A stretch of 62,345 nt of DNA, the filler included, from Sphacelaria rigidula (Eukaryota): the NCBI GenBank assembly GCA_964200075.2. It is 4 parts of 4 records of this genome, joined end to end, with 100 filler letters (N's around TTAATTAATTAA, not from the genome) between each part and the next. Parts side by side here need not be neighbours in the genome. Positions count along the whole stretch, not along the records: positions 1 to 15,514 come from CAXNAA020001716.1; positions 15,615 to 31,126 come from CAXNAA020001717.1; 2 more parts are not named here. One strand, given 5' to 3'. Shown piece by piece: positions 12,401 to 24,521 of this stretch; position 1 is the first letter of the stretch; the number at the start of each line of letters is the position of its first letter. The notes beneath the pieces are model-generated. The model ran no database searches. It saw only the letters and a list, made by a program, of their open reading frames with translations, and was not told the origin of the DNA. A program made the translations under genes and the position numbers.

Positions 12401-15400
12401 CTTGTTTAGTATTCTGCTCGTGGTTTACGCCGCCTGCCTGACCCCTCATGAGCTGCCAGCATCGCTCGATGCTGTCTGTAGTGTTGTTGAGCACTAGGCA
12501 GAGGCATCAACAGCATGCAGTAAATTGCGTTCAGTGGAGAGCCATGACACACTTATACTGTCTCTAGCCATTGTATCCAGTGAAGAGATACAGCACACAT
12601 AGATACCGACTCTGCAGGGTCAAAACTGGTCAGGGGTTTTCCGGGACTATTTTCCATGTGAAGTAGATGACAAATATCCACACGTGCATGAAAAAGGCGT
12701 TTCTTGTAGCGAGAAAAGAGCACTCTGCACCCCAGATGTGGCAAAGTCCAACTCGGTCCACCTGCAGGGGGATCTCTAAGGGTTGAGGAATTGAAATTAC
12801 GGGTAAGCAGTTGTGCTAAACTCAAGGGGGGGCATGGGGACTGGAAATCGGAAGGTGCCAGGGGGTCGGCAGGTAATAATCCACAAGAATGTACTGCACC
12901 TCACAATAATAAGAACCGCCTCCACAACCATGGCTACATCAAGCCCTCAAGCAAGATGCCTCCTCTCTTGAACTGGCAGATAACATTGCTCTCCACTGGG
13001 CCACCCCGTGGATAATGACCCAGTTTTGTCTTCCGGTACGAGACTGGTTTACGTACTACTTATTCGTGGAGCACGGTACAGTACTGTACCTGCAGTCCCT
13101 TTTGCCAGAGGGTTTTACTAGAGCCTACTATCAAACAGCAGGGTGGGAGCGGGGGGAGGTACGGTCGGAATGGGCGGGCAGAACAGCCAGCGCGGAGATT
13201 CCGGAACAAACAAAAAACGGCAGTCAGTGGCAGGGGGAGGGTATTGACGCCCAACGTGCGTAATATGGATCAGGTCGATTGAGTGGCTGTTTTGGCTACA
13301 GTAGTACAGTGCTACAGCACTTTTGTAGTCGTCGGAGGTGCGCAACATGAACTTTGTCACATAATGAAAATCTAGTAAACTACAGCATGAGTGATACATG
13401 CAGTGAGCCAAAACATGACTCTCGACTACCGCCCAGGAAACAAATGCTGTGTTGGATGCCTGTGCAAAATAAGAGTCTCAAAGTTGAGCATTTTGCGTTT
13501 TGCTCCTCTTCGAACACTAAGAATTCGGATTTCAAGCATTTATACTGGAATCGAAGAGAGAATAAAACCCGAGCCTCGCTCAAAAGAAGACTTTTAAAAA
13601 CATATGTCGCACTCTGTATGCACATAAATAAGCAACGGTACTGTAGCAGCCGAACGTTCACAGCGCCCTCTCTACCCCCACCCCCAGAGCCCCGAGCTCC
13701 GTCTGAGAATGACCTGACAAGAATTCTACGGAAACCACACGATTGTGGATAGTATAGATGAATACCCAATTGTGAATGGAAATATTAGATACATTCGCGT
13801 GTGCCAAACTTCCAAGTTCGGTGCGCCCATCTTCTCACTCGAAAATCGACTTGGAGGATTTTTTTATTTTTGCTCATGACAAAGGATCCAAACATATGTC
13901 AAATAGATGTAAGATGACTACGTCGCACAGCGGTGAATTGTTTTCAACAGTATTTGTCGAGGCTGTGTGAGGAAATTACAACATGACATCGTGCGACCAC
14001 GGCCTGATCCCTGGGGGGTCAGTGACAGTGCGACAATCAACCAAGCAAATCAATAATCTCGTTGACACAGTCGTTAAAGAAAACCAAGCGGCATGAGATG
14101 AAGGAAGGTGGCAAGAAGTGTATAAAATATTTTGCTTGCGTGTCGAGAACCAGGACCGAACATGTCGAAAAAAATACTCTTGGTGCCTCTGTTTCCCTAG
14201 CCAACTCCGTCGGTCGAGAGGCTACCGATCCTTGGGGTGCCTTCATGCATTGGTGGTACTTGTAGCCACCGGCAGGCGAGGGTGGCGGGATGGTGGACGC
14301 CTGGCATGAATACATACCGAGCCCAGACAGCCTTGATAGGTTAGCACCGTTTTGGGCTTGTCTTGAAACACATGCGCGTTGGACGAATTTTCCACCCTAC
14401 CATAGTGGGATAGCGCCAAGCCTTGAGAAAAAAGAGCGCGTTGAGGTATGCGTTAGCGTAGACACGGCACTCGTTGTGGCCATAATAGAAAATGAAAAAA
14501 AACATGACAACGCCCGTGACACTTGAAAGCAGTTCTAATGCGGGAAGTTCAGGTACCGAAGCCGCTCTGCAAACCACGCACACGACGCTTTCAAAATCTA
14601 CCTTTGTTCGCGGAGTGTGCCTTTGATGGCCATGCCGAGGCTGTCGCACTGGTGGAAACAATTTACGTGCGTTCAATATTTTCGGCGAAATGCGAAAGAA
14701 CGGAGATGTGAGTTGAAATTCCAAGACTTCACTCGAATGAATGTACACGAGTCAGTTGGGGAACAGTCCAAACGAATCGGAGTCGCACGGGTCAGACTCG
14801 TACTGGTCTGGCTTCCAGAAAATACCGTGTTTCCATCGCCACAACGAGTGACGTCAGCTGGTGGGGAATGACACTTGGAGGCACGCACGCGTCTCAGGGT
14901 ACGCGTTTCCCTGTGGCACTAGTTACAATATTGGCCGACCCGGTACTGCCCGGCCTGCTCAATATTTTGTACGGTTGCTTCCGACAAGGCCAGTGTCACG
15001 TCCCGCCGATTGCAATTATCCCCACAGGCCGTCGCGGGAGGTCCCTGGCAAGGCGAGCAGTACTGTATACTATCGCGTCGATTACTAATTGCAGCGTAGA
15101 CGGCAGCATACCGTAGAGAGCTTCCGTTTGACGCTGGGTCATCACTTGACCCTCCAGGTGGTTCCATCGTTGGCACAGTAGTCGTCGTTGACTCTCACTT
15201 TGATGGTTCTCGTGATGATGGTACTGTATGGGGGAGCTCATCTCTGGCAAGCCCATGACCTGGAAGCTAGCTGCTCATGAACGTATGGTGTTGCCTTGCT
15301 TTGTACGAACCGTGGGCGTCCGTCACGCCCCGGGGTGGTGTGCTTCCTGTTCTTGTCATTCTGGACTACAGCGACACTTCTTTCGTGGGTCATATCAAGC

Positions 15401-15446
15401 GGCCAAGCGGCGCCTCTTCACGATGAACGGAGGCGGCGGAAGATGG

Positions 15447-15514
15447 GTGTACTCATGGTCATGCATGCCATAGCACATCAGACCATTGACCTCGCATCCC
15501 TACAATGCCGGGAC
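15447..15514 (+). repeat. Short dispersed repeat family, copy truncated at contig end
   Basis: ggtgtactcatggtcatgcat...gaccattgacctcgcatccctacaatgccgggac runs into the N spacer. Confidence 0.85.
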
Positions 15515-15614
15515 NNNNNNNNNNNNNNNNNNNNNNNNNNNNNNNNNNNNNNNNNNNNTTAATTAATTAANNNNNNNNNNNNNNNNNNNNNNNNNNNNNN
15601 NNNNNNNNNNNNNN
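15515..15614. other. Artificial contig spacer N44-TTAATTAATTAA-N44
   Basis: Exactly 100 nt, with a six-frame stop linker. Confidence 0.99.
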
Positions 15615-16005
15615 TCATTCGGGCGTTATAGCTGATTTCGGACTGCTGCACGCCTCTCATGTGGGCGAAATTGCTGCAAACGAGCCCAATAGTGGGATCG
15701 CAGCCGGTTTGTCGGACGCTATCTGGGCATTATTCGACACTGGAATTCTCCATCCCGTGTGTTGGAAATGAGGTTCATGATCCACACCCCTTCGTCGCCT
15801 CTGCGAACGACGAACTGCAGCAACTCGGAGTTGATCGGAGTCGTGAGGCCCATCACCACTTCTGTTTTGAGCAACTGGTGATGTAAATAAATACCCCCCG
15901 AATAGTGTCTGCCCGCCAGAAACGCTTAATCTCATGCCGGCAGCCTGTTCCCGTCCTGACCACAGTTTCGGAGATTACTCCGTCTCCTTGTACGCGGGAT
16001 CTTAC

Positions 16006-19000
16006 CTTGGCTCTGGGGACGACCACCTCCACCTCAATAATGCTCTGGGATTGCTCGCTCGCCCGCACGAACCGCAGTTTTACAATCGTTGCCACAGTCG
16101 TGTCCCCTGGTGAGGGGTGTGGCGTCGACGAAGACGTTCGGCTGCCCACTTCCTTCAATTGCTGCTCGTGTCGCTGCAGTTTCCCTTCCTGCCCCACAGC
16201 TGACCTCATGTTGTCTGCCTTCACCTTCGCGCTCTGAAATTCGACAAGATCCATGCTATTTTCGGCTCGAGCAGTTTGTGTATTGGCCCCTGGCGTTTCA
16301 CTGACATGCACACCGGCTCCTCTTTGGGCGTCGCCGCACCGCCGGGACGACGCTGTCGATACAACCTCACTGCCGAGATCCTGATTTCCGTTCTGGGTGG
16401 GGCGCTCCCCCGGGGAAAATGAGACCAATAATGGACACAGAGCTGCCTCCTCCGGCTTTAGTGCCGTGGACGCCATCGCGAGTGCTGCTAGCGATCTAGC
16501 AAGCCCCTCGCTCCGCCTCCCGCCCTCTGCGGATGACCCACCACCTCCCGCAACGCCTCGTGATTCAGTTCGTGTGTCATGACTCGGCCCTGCCGAACAA
16601 ACGCACCCATCGTTATGCCTTCCTCGAAGCGCGACGACCACGGGGTCACCGCATGTGCACGATCTCGGCGGCTCATCGTAACCACCAACGGAGTGACACG
16701 GTGTGCTCTGGCTAATAATATCTCCTGACGTCTTACACCAGCCCCCGTGTACGGACGGGGTAACAGTTGTCGCCGAGGCTTCCTTCGCCACGCGCCGGCG
16801 ATGCGCGTCGGGTGACGCTGACCGTGCGCGGCGTCGTTGCGAGTATTTGCGGTAGTAGTGGTATGTGAGAGGTGGCCAAACATTCCCGAGAGTTGAAGGG
16901 GAGCGGGGTATTCGAACCGTACCGCGGCGTGTCGCCGTCCTCTCGGCTGCGGCGAGGGCCTTGATTCGCTCGTGTGGATCTCGACGAAGCAGGCCTGGCA
17001 CAAACGAGAAAATTGTCGTCTCCCCCGCGGCAGGCGTGAAATCAGGGCCCTTAGATTGGAGATAGTGAAGCAGAGCATCAAAGCCAGCATGCGCGGGTGA
17101 GGGTCAGATGCATCGCATGTCAGCCGGTGTCGGTTCGGATTGAAGCGACTCGTGTCGAAAAAGACTATAGAGGACACCATATGCACATGACTAAAGCGTG
17201 ATGGTTGCGCAGCTCGGATTTGTGATGCGCTCCGGCAAGACGATTCTGCGGGATGTTGGTCCTTGTGGTTTATTTTGTTATTGTTTATTTCATTTGTTGC
17301 ACTTTGAACCCCTCCCCTCCCCTCCCTCGGGACGAGTCCGCGGTCTCAAGGAATCAACCCGTCTCTCCCCCGGTTGTCATGATTGATTGATTGACTGTCG
17401 CACTTCAACTGACCCCCAAGGGGTCCAGCCGTGGTGTCATGACAGACGTACTCAACAAAAACGGAATTCAAACACGCTCTAAGGAAAAAAGAAAGAAAGA
17501 AGGGAACAGAAAACAATGGGAACAGAAAACAATGGGGTGGAACAGAACGACATGGAAGACTGAGTCGTGACAAAAAAAGTAATAAAAATTCAACACAAGC
17601 AAAGCGCAGAAAGAAATGGCCGACCTAAAGCAAGAAAGAGGAAAACAAGAGGAAAGTATAAATTGAAAAAAAAAATACAATGGAACAATGGGAAGAAAAA
17701 ACAAAGCCGAAGGGATTCATGGATGCAGTTCAATATCAACATTCATGAGTGTACGGCCTGGCGCTCGCCGACACGACTGACGGCGGGTATTCCGACGTTA
17801 GAAACCATGGTTGATCTGAGCACCTTGAATTGTGAAGCTTGCGACACCGTTATTTCCCGGCTCAGCCCCCTATCCTCGTCGAGTGCTTTCCTGCTCCCGT
17901 CATGGTCGCCGTTTGTCCAGCCACCAGGTTCACCACCACGTGTCGCGTTCGTTGTGCTTGTCTCCATCGAAGGGGCTATGATTTCATCGAACGCTACATG
18001 AGAAAAAAGGACGGCGGTTGGGGAGGAGGGGGGGCAGCGGTTGGTACAGTATGTGCTACCTTCAAACGGTACTCACAGTGAACACTCAGACCTGGAAGTC
18101 GTTGAATGGAAACACGGAGTGCTAGCCCCTTCACTTGTTGCAGTGTAGAACCAAAGGAAGTAACAGCGCTCCTGACATCGAGAGGCGACCACGCTCGTCT
18201 CTGCAGACGACTGCGCCCTACTTCCCCCACGTGAGCATGCAGTGGGTTTTCGACCCTCGGCTCTGCTCAATGAGTGTGTGTCCGGGGGGGGTCGTACGTA
18301 CTTGTTTGTTGCTTGCCTCCGTTGTGTGACCATTGACCACGCATCCCTTTCGAGACGGAGCAGCGGAGGAGCGGGGGGGGAAGGGGGGGCTCCTGTACGC
18401 TGTTCTTCAAATGTCGCTTCACGTGTTAGTATTCGTGACGAATATTGCAACACATTAACGAACGTTCCACATTGCATATCGTCGCTACATCACCGACTTT
18501 ACTTTTCACCAGCGCTGGGTGGTTCTATTTTGCTTTACTACGACCCCTCGCCCGCTAAAATAGTTGAATGACGCACCTCCTCCTCGAATATCGCCATCGT
18601 GCACGTATTCCCGGCCAGATAAAAGCCAGTACAGGGTCATACCCAGTCCCCAGGCATCTACAGCAGCCGAGGCCGGGCATGCTTCTCCTCTTGAGGCGGC
18701 CGCAACTCGCTCGGGAGGGGCGTAGGCAGCGTTGAACGGCTGCGTTGAGGGAAAGTCGGGTTCGACAAGCTGCCCCCAGTGCAATAAAATTCCGAAAGCA
18801 AGATAAGAGACGTTGCTCAGATTTTGGCTGACATGCGCCTTGATTCCATGGTTGTATCGCTGCCGATCTGTCGTCGGTGCCACTGCCGTGTGCCACCCTA
18901 GGCAGTATTTCATCCCCGTCATGCTCGTAGCGTCATAAGTAAAGACTGCGCTGAAATCTGCTGACCTAGACAAGGTGAACTATAGTGATTTCTACCAGGA

Positions 19001-20138
19001 GAGACGCTTGCCACTACAAGAAGATCTGCTATATCAGGCGAACATGAAGCTAGCATTGAAGTACCGCCTCGCAGTACAAACAGGAACGTAACAAGGTGGT
19101 GAACCGAAGTATTATATAGTAGTCAGCATCAGAAGTCTTCGGAATTCGTAGTTGTTGTAGCTTTTGAGTTTTTCTCGAGTACAATTCTTCATTACTGCTT
19201 GAAAGTGCTAGCGCCGGTAGATTTAGGGGGAGAGCGTAGGCCGTGCTCAAACTGCAGTGCCTAAGTTAGTGTTTTTGGGGCGATACGGACGAGATACATC
19301 GTTTATCAGGATGGTGTTATTGACCGTTTTTGGTCCAATAAAACCAGTTTTTCGGCTCTTCCGCAACAACACGGTAAATGTTCAGATAAATGAACACGTA
19401 TAAAACTCTTCACAATAACGATCGAGATCGTGTTTCCCTCCTTTACTGCACAGGCCTTAGTCTAGCACTTGCTGCTGATGGCCTCTTTTCGGGGGGTTTT
19501 CGCAAAATATTTTCCACGAGCACCCCAAAGTGCTAGCGTCGATAGTTTTGGCAATATAAGCAGACCGTGCTCAAATCACAATGCCCAAGTTGCTGTTGTG
19601 GGGGCGATACGGAGTAAAGACCCCGTTTATCAGGAGGGTGTTATTGACCGTAAATGGTCCAAGGAATATAGTTTTCCAGCTTTGGGGCAGTCAATAGGTG
19701 GAATTGAAAAAACAACCCTTTTTGAGTCTTCCCTTATATGATCGGGATCGAGTTGGTTCACCGAAAATACCGAAGAGGTAGAACCTGGGGTTGCACTTTT
19801 GCAGGACCCCCGAAGATCGGTGAAGCCCGTAAGTCGTTCAATATTGATCGCAGATGTTTTTTCTCTCACTATTTGTGAAGAGAACTAAAATATCTCCAGG
19901 TGCCCATTTTTTGGAATCCAACAGTCACTGTGATTAGCGGTGGCAAGCGAAACAAATTTGGAAAATCTTTGAGAAAGAAATCACGAATTCTGCATACTTC
20001 CGACGCTAACTACTGTATGCGGAACATGAAGAATGTGTGGAAATCGCCAGAGGTTGCGACGATGACAACGGCGGCGAAGACAAGTCCAAAAACAATGACG
20101 ACAACGACAGCACCATCGTCATCATCATCATCATCATC

Positions 20139-20174
<36 letters not shown>

Positions 20175-22828
20175 AGCAGCCCCTGACCTCACCTGTAGTA
20201 GAGGATGTTCTGGACACCCGCCGTCATCCTCTTCTCGTCGAGCGACCGAGCAGAAGCTCAGGAGACGAATATCGCCACGTACGCTTCGCACGGTACCTGG
20301 TAGATTCACATAGATCGCAGGTCCTTTGTAGGATCATAGCTTCATGTTTCGTGGGGAAAACGCCACCTTTGTTGAGAATGTACGTTTCACTCTGCATGGC
20401 TTGTATCCCTTTAACGGCAAATTGTAAACAACCGCCGGCTGCTCCTGCTGCGTGCATCGGATCCGTGCGGTGTTTATGATAAGATTCTCTATCCGGCGGT
20501 GCGTTCTTAGACGAAAGCCGCATATAAACAAACTTGGGGCGCCGCTCAGGGTAAAGGACTGCTGCTTGGCCTAGCTTGAAATAAATGCACCTCACTGCAT
20601 CTTACACTTCGTGCCCTGTAACGAAGCGAAACACAGTGCAAAAAAAGCCTCGCCATGGAGAAAAAAAAAAAAGGTTCTTGATTGAGCGTATAAGTGAAGT
20701 CAACCGAAACGCCTGCTGCAACTGAACGATTTATTCTTCAGGAGAAGCCATCCTTGATATTTCTTACCTTTCGACGGGAGTTTGTTTTGCGTGCTGGCGC
20801 CGTTACCGCCGCGACCGCTTTTTCTGGCGAACGTTCCACCACCGGGGGCCACGAAGTTGTATGGCGTAACCTCGCCACAAATGAGACCGCAGTTGTGCAG
20901 CCAACAAACAGCACAAACTGCCTGGGCCGCCAAGAAGTTCAACTTGTATGCCAAGAGAGGGAGAGCGAGAAAGAGAGAGATATTTACGGGAATAAACGGC
21001 AAGTCATGCTTGTTTGAAAACTGTTACGAAAATACGCCGCTTTGGGGGTGCTGTGACGAAAATACGCCGTTAGGTTGAGTCGGTAGTGATGATATGGATA
21101 ATGACCGTTGGTAGTGAAGATCTGGATAATGACCGGGGTCACTAGGTTGATACCCTGGCGTGTCGGGGTGGGTGCCTTGGAAGATCACTCCTGAATAATG
21201 ATAATGTTGTAAAGGCTGACAACTAAACTGAGACCAGTAAGACTGGGGAGTCCTTCAACAGTAGTGATCCATCAGTTCTTCCACTGGCTGGCGTCACAAA
21301 ACAAAGAAGGGTAGATAATGACGATACGGTCAGAGTACATAATCCCAAAACGAGACGACATGGGGGGACTTGGGGTCAGGAAATCCTATGATATCGGAGA
21401 TCCATCAATGCGGCAGTTCTTTGGTCTGCATTTGAGTGTGAGCTTCAAATTATTCTTGAAAATCTCCTGGATTTCCTCGGGCGATAGAGAAGGTTGAAAG
21501 GTCTACAGCACACATGCGTCTCGCTAACGTTCGAAGCTGGTCGCAACGTACAGAGATTGGTTGGAAATAAATGGCCTGCGGCATGGGGAAGTATATTCGA
21601 CGGTCCAACCGCAACGCACCGTGTGTTCTGCGGCACACATTTTTATCCTGCACGCATAGACCCCACGCATAGACTCCCCCGGGCTCCCAGCGAACGTGTC
21701 AGCACGCGATCGCCTTCCCTCAATTTCCCCATCCCGTAGCATCTCACGGTCGTTTCACTTTAGCCCCATAACGCGCCTCTCGTGTGAGATGCATCTTGCA
21801 GGAGCAGCGGGTTTTTCTCGATCGAATTCCAAAAGCGATTTCAAGCAGGAGTATGGAACACAAATGGATGGCGACAGAATAACAGGGGTGGGATGAATCA
21901 TGTAGCAAACCTTGTCGTGGAGCAGGTCCTCGGCCGGGGTCCCCGACCTGTGCATCTTCCTGCGTGCGTGCACCCACTCGCCAATCTCTTGTAGAGTTCT
22001 TGACGCGGCAGGTATGGATAAGACTAGGCTTTTCTCTTGCTCATACGCAGCCACAAGCGCTACACTCAAGGGATCTGCGCCGTCGAACCCCCCTTCCTCC
22101 TGCACGAGGTGTTGCCGCGGACAGTGAGGGGACACGCAGTGCACACAAGGGCCGAAGGGTATTTCATTCGTCATCGCGAAAGGAAGGGGAGCTGAAGTGA
22201 CGGGGCGGACGATGATTGATGGGTATCTACTCTCACTTCACCAGGACGTGTCGATTCGAATGGCACACATTTGCCGTAGGGGTTCGTCGCTCGTGTATGC
22301 CTTGGTAGTGAGTACCACGACTTGACTGATTGGTTGGTTGATTGTCGCACTTTAACTGACTTGAATAACTATATCACGCTAGCGTGGTGGTTTGTACGCT
22401 TTTCGGGCAGAGCTTTCCCGAGAGCTTTCCGCTTTTCCGTTCCTGCTTACCGTGCACCGCATATCGATAAGCAACAGTGCGGCAGTGTTGGAAGAGAGCG
22501 GGAGAAGGGAGGTGTCTATTTCCCCTGGTTGATACCGTCCTACCCAGTCTAACAGTAATATAAGTCGTGTTACCATCCGCCTCTTTCCACACTCTCACTG
22601 AATCGCCACCCATACCGACCGTATGCTGCGTTCAGGAAAAACAATGGAGCTTGCACCTGGAGGTACTTCAGCACTCCCCATTCCTTGACAAGGGATGCCC
22701 AGCTCTCCCTATTTTCTCCGGGACTTTTTACGACTACGGTGCCACCCTCCGCAGATCTCCGCCGTTTCGCCCACCAAAACTCATTGCCGTCAGTAGGGGA
22801 CCTTCTCCAAAACTGCGCAATTCGGTAG
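16006..22828 (-). CDS. Protein-kinase-fold domain with degenerate catalytic motifs (probable pseudokinase) plus long disordered C-terminal exon; probably the 3' part of the ankyrin gene
   Basis: Exons in subdomain order: 22657..22828 (VVVK...LVKEWGVLKYLQ; II-III), 21911..22099 (PLSVALVAAYEQEKSLVL; IV-V), 20768..20921 (AVCWLHNCGLICGEVTPYNFV; VI), 20193..20296 (DIRLLSFCSVAR; VII), 18577..18769 (AYAPPE...VDAWGLGMTLYWLLSG; VIII-IX), 16006..16994 (LLRRDPHERI; XI, then Ser/Arg/Gly-rich tail). All have GT/AG borders and compatible phases. Extra exons near 17.8-18.2 kb and 21.6-21.8 kb are possible. Confidence 0.7.
18327..18363 (+). repeat. Short dispersed repeat, related subfamily (gaccattgaccacgcatccctttcgagacggagca)
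   Basis: The identical 35-mer recurs at ~53867-53901, and a reverse-complement variant lies at ~62301-62340 (contig end). Confidence 0.8.
19205..19680 (+). repeat. Imperfect direct repeat (~150-bp units) in a kinase-gene intron, probably TE subterminal sequence
   Basis: aagtgctagcg...ccgtgctcaaa...ggggcgatacgga...cgtttatcagga-ggtgttattgaccgt...tggtccaa occurs at ~19203-19350 and ~19528-19675. Confidence 0.7.
20117..20173. repeat. Compound microsatellite (TCA)n(ACA)n, intronic
   Basis: Seen directly; lies just past the donor of exon 20193..20296. Confidence 0.95.
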
Positions 22829-24521
22829 CTTGAATGGTTACAAAGTGGACAGACGTCGGGGCGGAGCGATACGGGCGGAACTCACGAAAGGGTTCGTTTG
22901 ATGCCCGAGTTATAACTACGAGGTGGGGTTGCAAACGCGCTGGTTGGCAACTGGTTCCAGTCAACCACGGCAGCGGACGGTATGGTTTGGAAATAAATCC
23001 GGGGTAATGGTTCAACGATCCGAAGATTTCTCACACGAAGTCAGAGCGGGGGATAGCTGCGACATACCCGCAGTCCTTCGCCAGCATAACTTCGTAGAGG
23101 ATCCCCCATTCATTGTATACGATTGATTTGTGCCGATGTTGACCCCATTCTGTTCGAACATAAGTGGGCACACGTGATTGCACAAAGCCACTACGCCGTA
23201 CTCGAACTCCCGTGCCTGTCTGCTAAAGTTCCCTTCGTACAGGGAGCCTCTCCCGCGTCCGCGCTTCCGCCCATCGCCGGCGCATCCCCCCAGCCTCCCA
23301 AAAACTCCCCCCGGTCGTTCCATCGACCGGAAGTATCGCACTGTATACACCACCGACCTCCGAAGGGGGCCCGCGGAAAGGGTGTGAATGCTGTGGATAG
23401 AGAAATCGCGGCGGGAGAAGACCGAGGTCGAGCCGTAATGTTGCGGGTGCTGCCGTCTCCTCCTCCCCATCCTCCCGGGGGCCTAGGACGCGCCTGTAGT
23501 CAGTACCAAACGCTTAGTGAGTGTTTGATGCTCGCGCACATCATGGAGGAGGAACTCTTGGATACCGATAATCGGCTCAATACGACGTGTACCGTAAGTC
23601 CTGTTCGACGAGTAAAAGTTCATTTTCCCCCTCTCGTCTCCCTTTCAACTTCTTTCTTTCCTCCGAACGAGTCCGTGGGTTCGGTGGATCAAGCTCTCTC
23701 CCCCTCAGCACACGCCTTACATGTTGGCGCCGTGGACAGTATCAGCGCTCACTCCCGCACTGCGTCCACTATTCTCGTCAAACGGATTAAATCTCCTTGC
23801 TACTGACGTCCTGGTGTTTTCAACGACGGAAATGATATATATTTTCAGGAAAGAACCCCAAAAATGCATCTGCCGTTGAAATCGAATCTGCCTTCTTTCG
23901 ACACGACGACTTTCAGTTGCACCATTAGAATCCTGGACAGACGACATTTGCGGACTAAGCGGCACGCACGAGTATGTCAAGCATACACTCAACGGTGTAA
24001 AAAACTGTCGTGTTCGTTTGTACGCATGGGTTCACCCTGGGTAATGTACCCATTGTACGGTTATTCATGTCGCATTGCGAACAGTGGTGCGTGCAACACA
24101 GCGGGGCATTCGCATGCGAGATTCACGTCCAGGCGCGTGGAATGAGAAGTTCGTCCCTCTCGAGATGGCTTGAATGGCATCCCTGTGCATCTCCAGGACT
24201 GCAACTGCGATTGGTTTCCCGCAACATTTCGTACAGAACATATCCAGAAGAGTACAGACAATATCCAAGAAGATGCGGTATTGGTCGATATCGTGGAGAA
24301 TGCAACGAGAGAGTGTGGGGAAATCATGTAAGGAGCTGTTGGTCGATATCGGGCAGAGTGAAACGGAAGGATGCGGGGGAATCATGTAGGGGATTAGTTG
24401 AACGGATATCCACTGGACCGGCCGCCCCGCATCTCTTAGAGTCTTGCTCTTTTGCTGAAGTGAATATGGTCGAAGAACAACAGGATGGGCAACTGCTTTT
24501 TCTCAAGCAATCTCATCCCAC

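Noticed and set aside
8800..15440. Genes among the many short ORFs (exon-like bits near 12186-12267 and 15260-15415)
   Set aside because: No recognisable protein motifs and no consistent exon chain could be built. A divergent gene cannot be excluded without RNA-seq.
15559..15570. TTAATTAATTAA as a biological motif
   Set aside because: Synthetic six-frame stop linker inside N runs, repeated identically three times.
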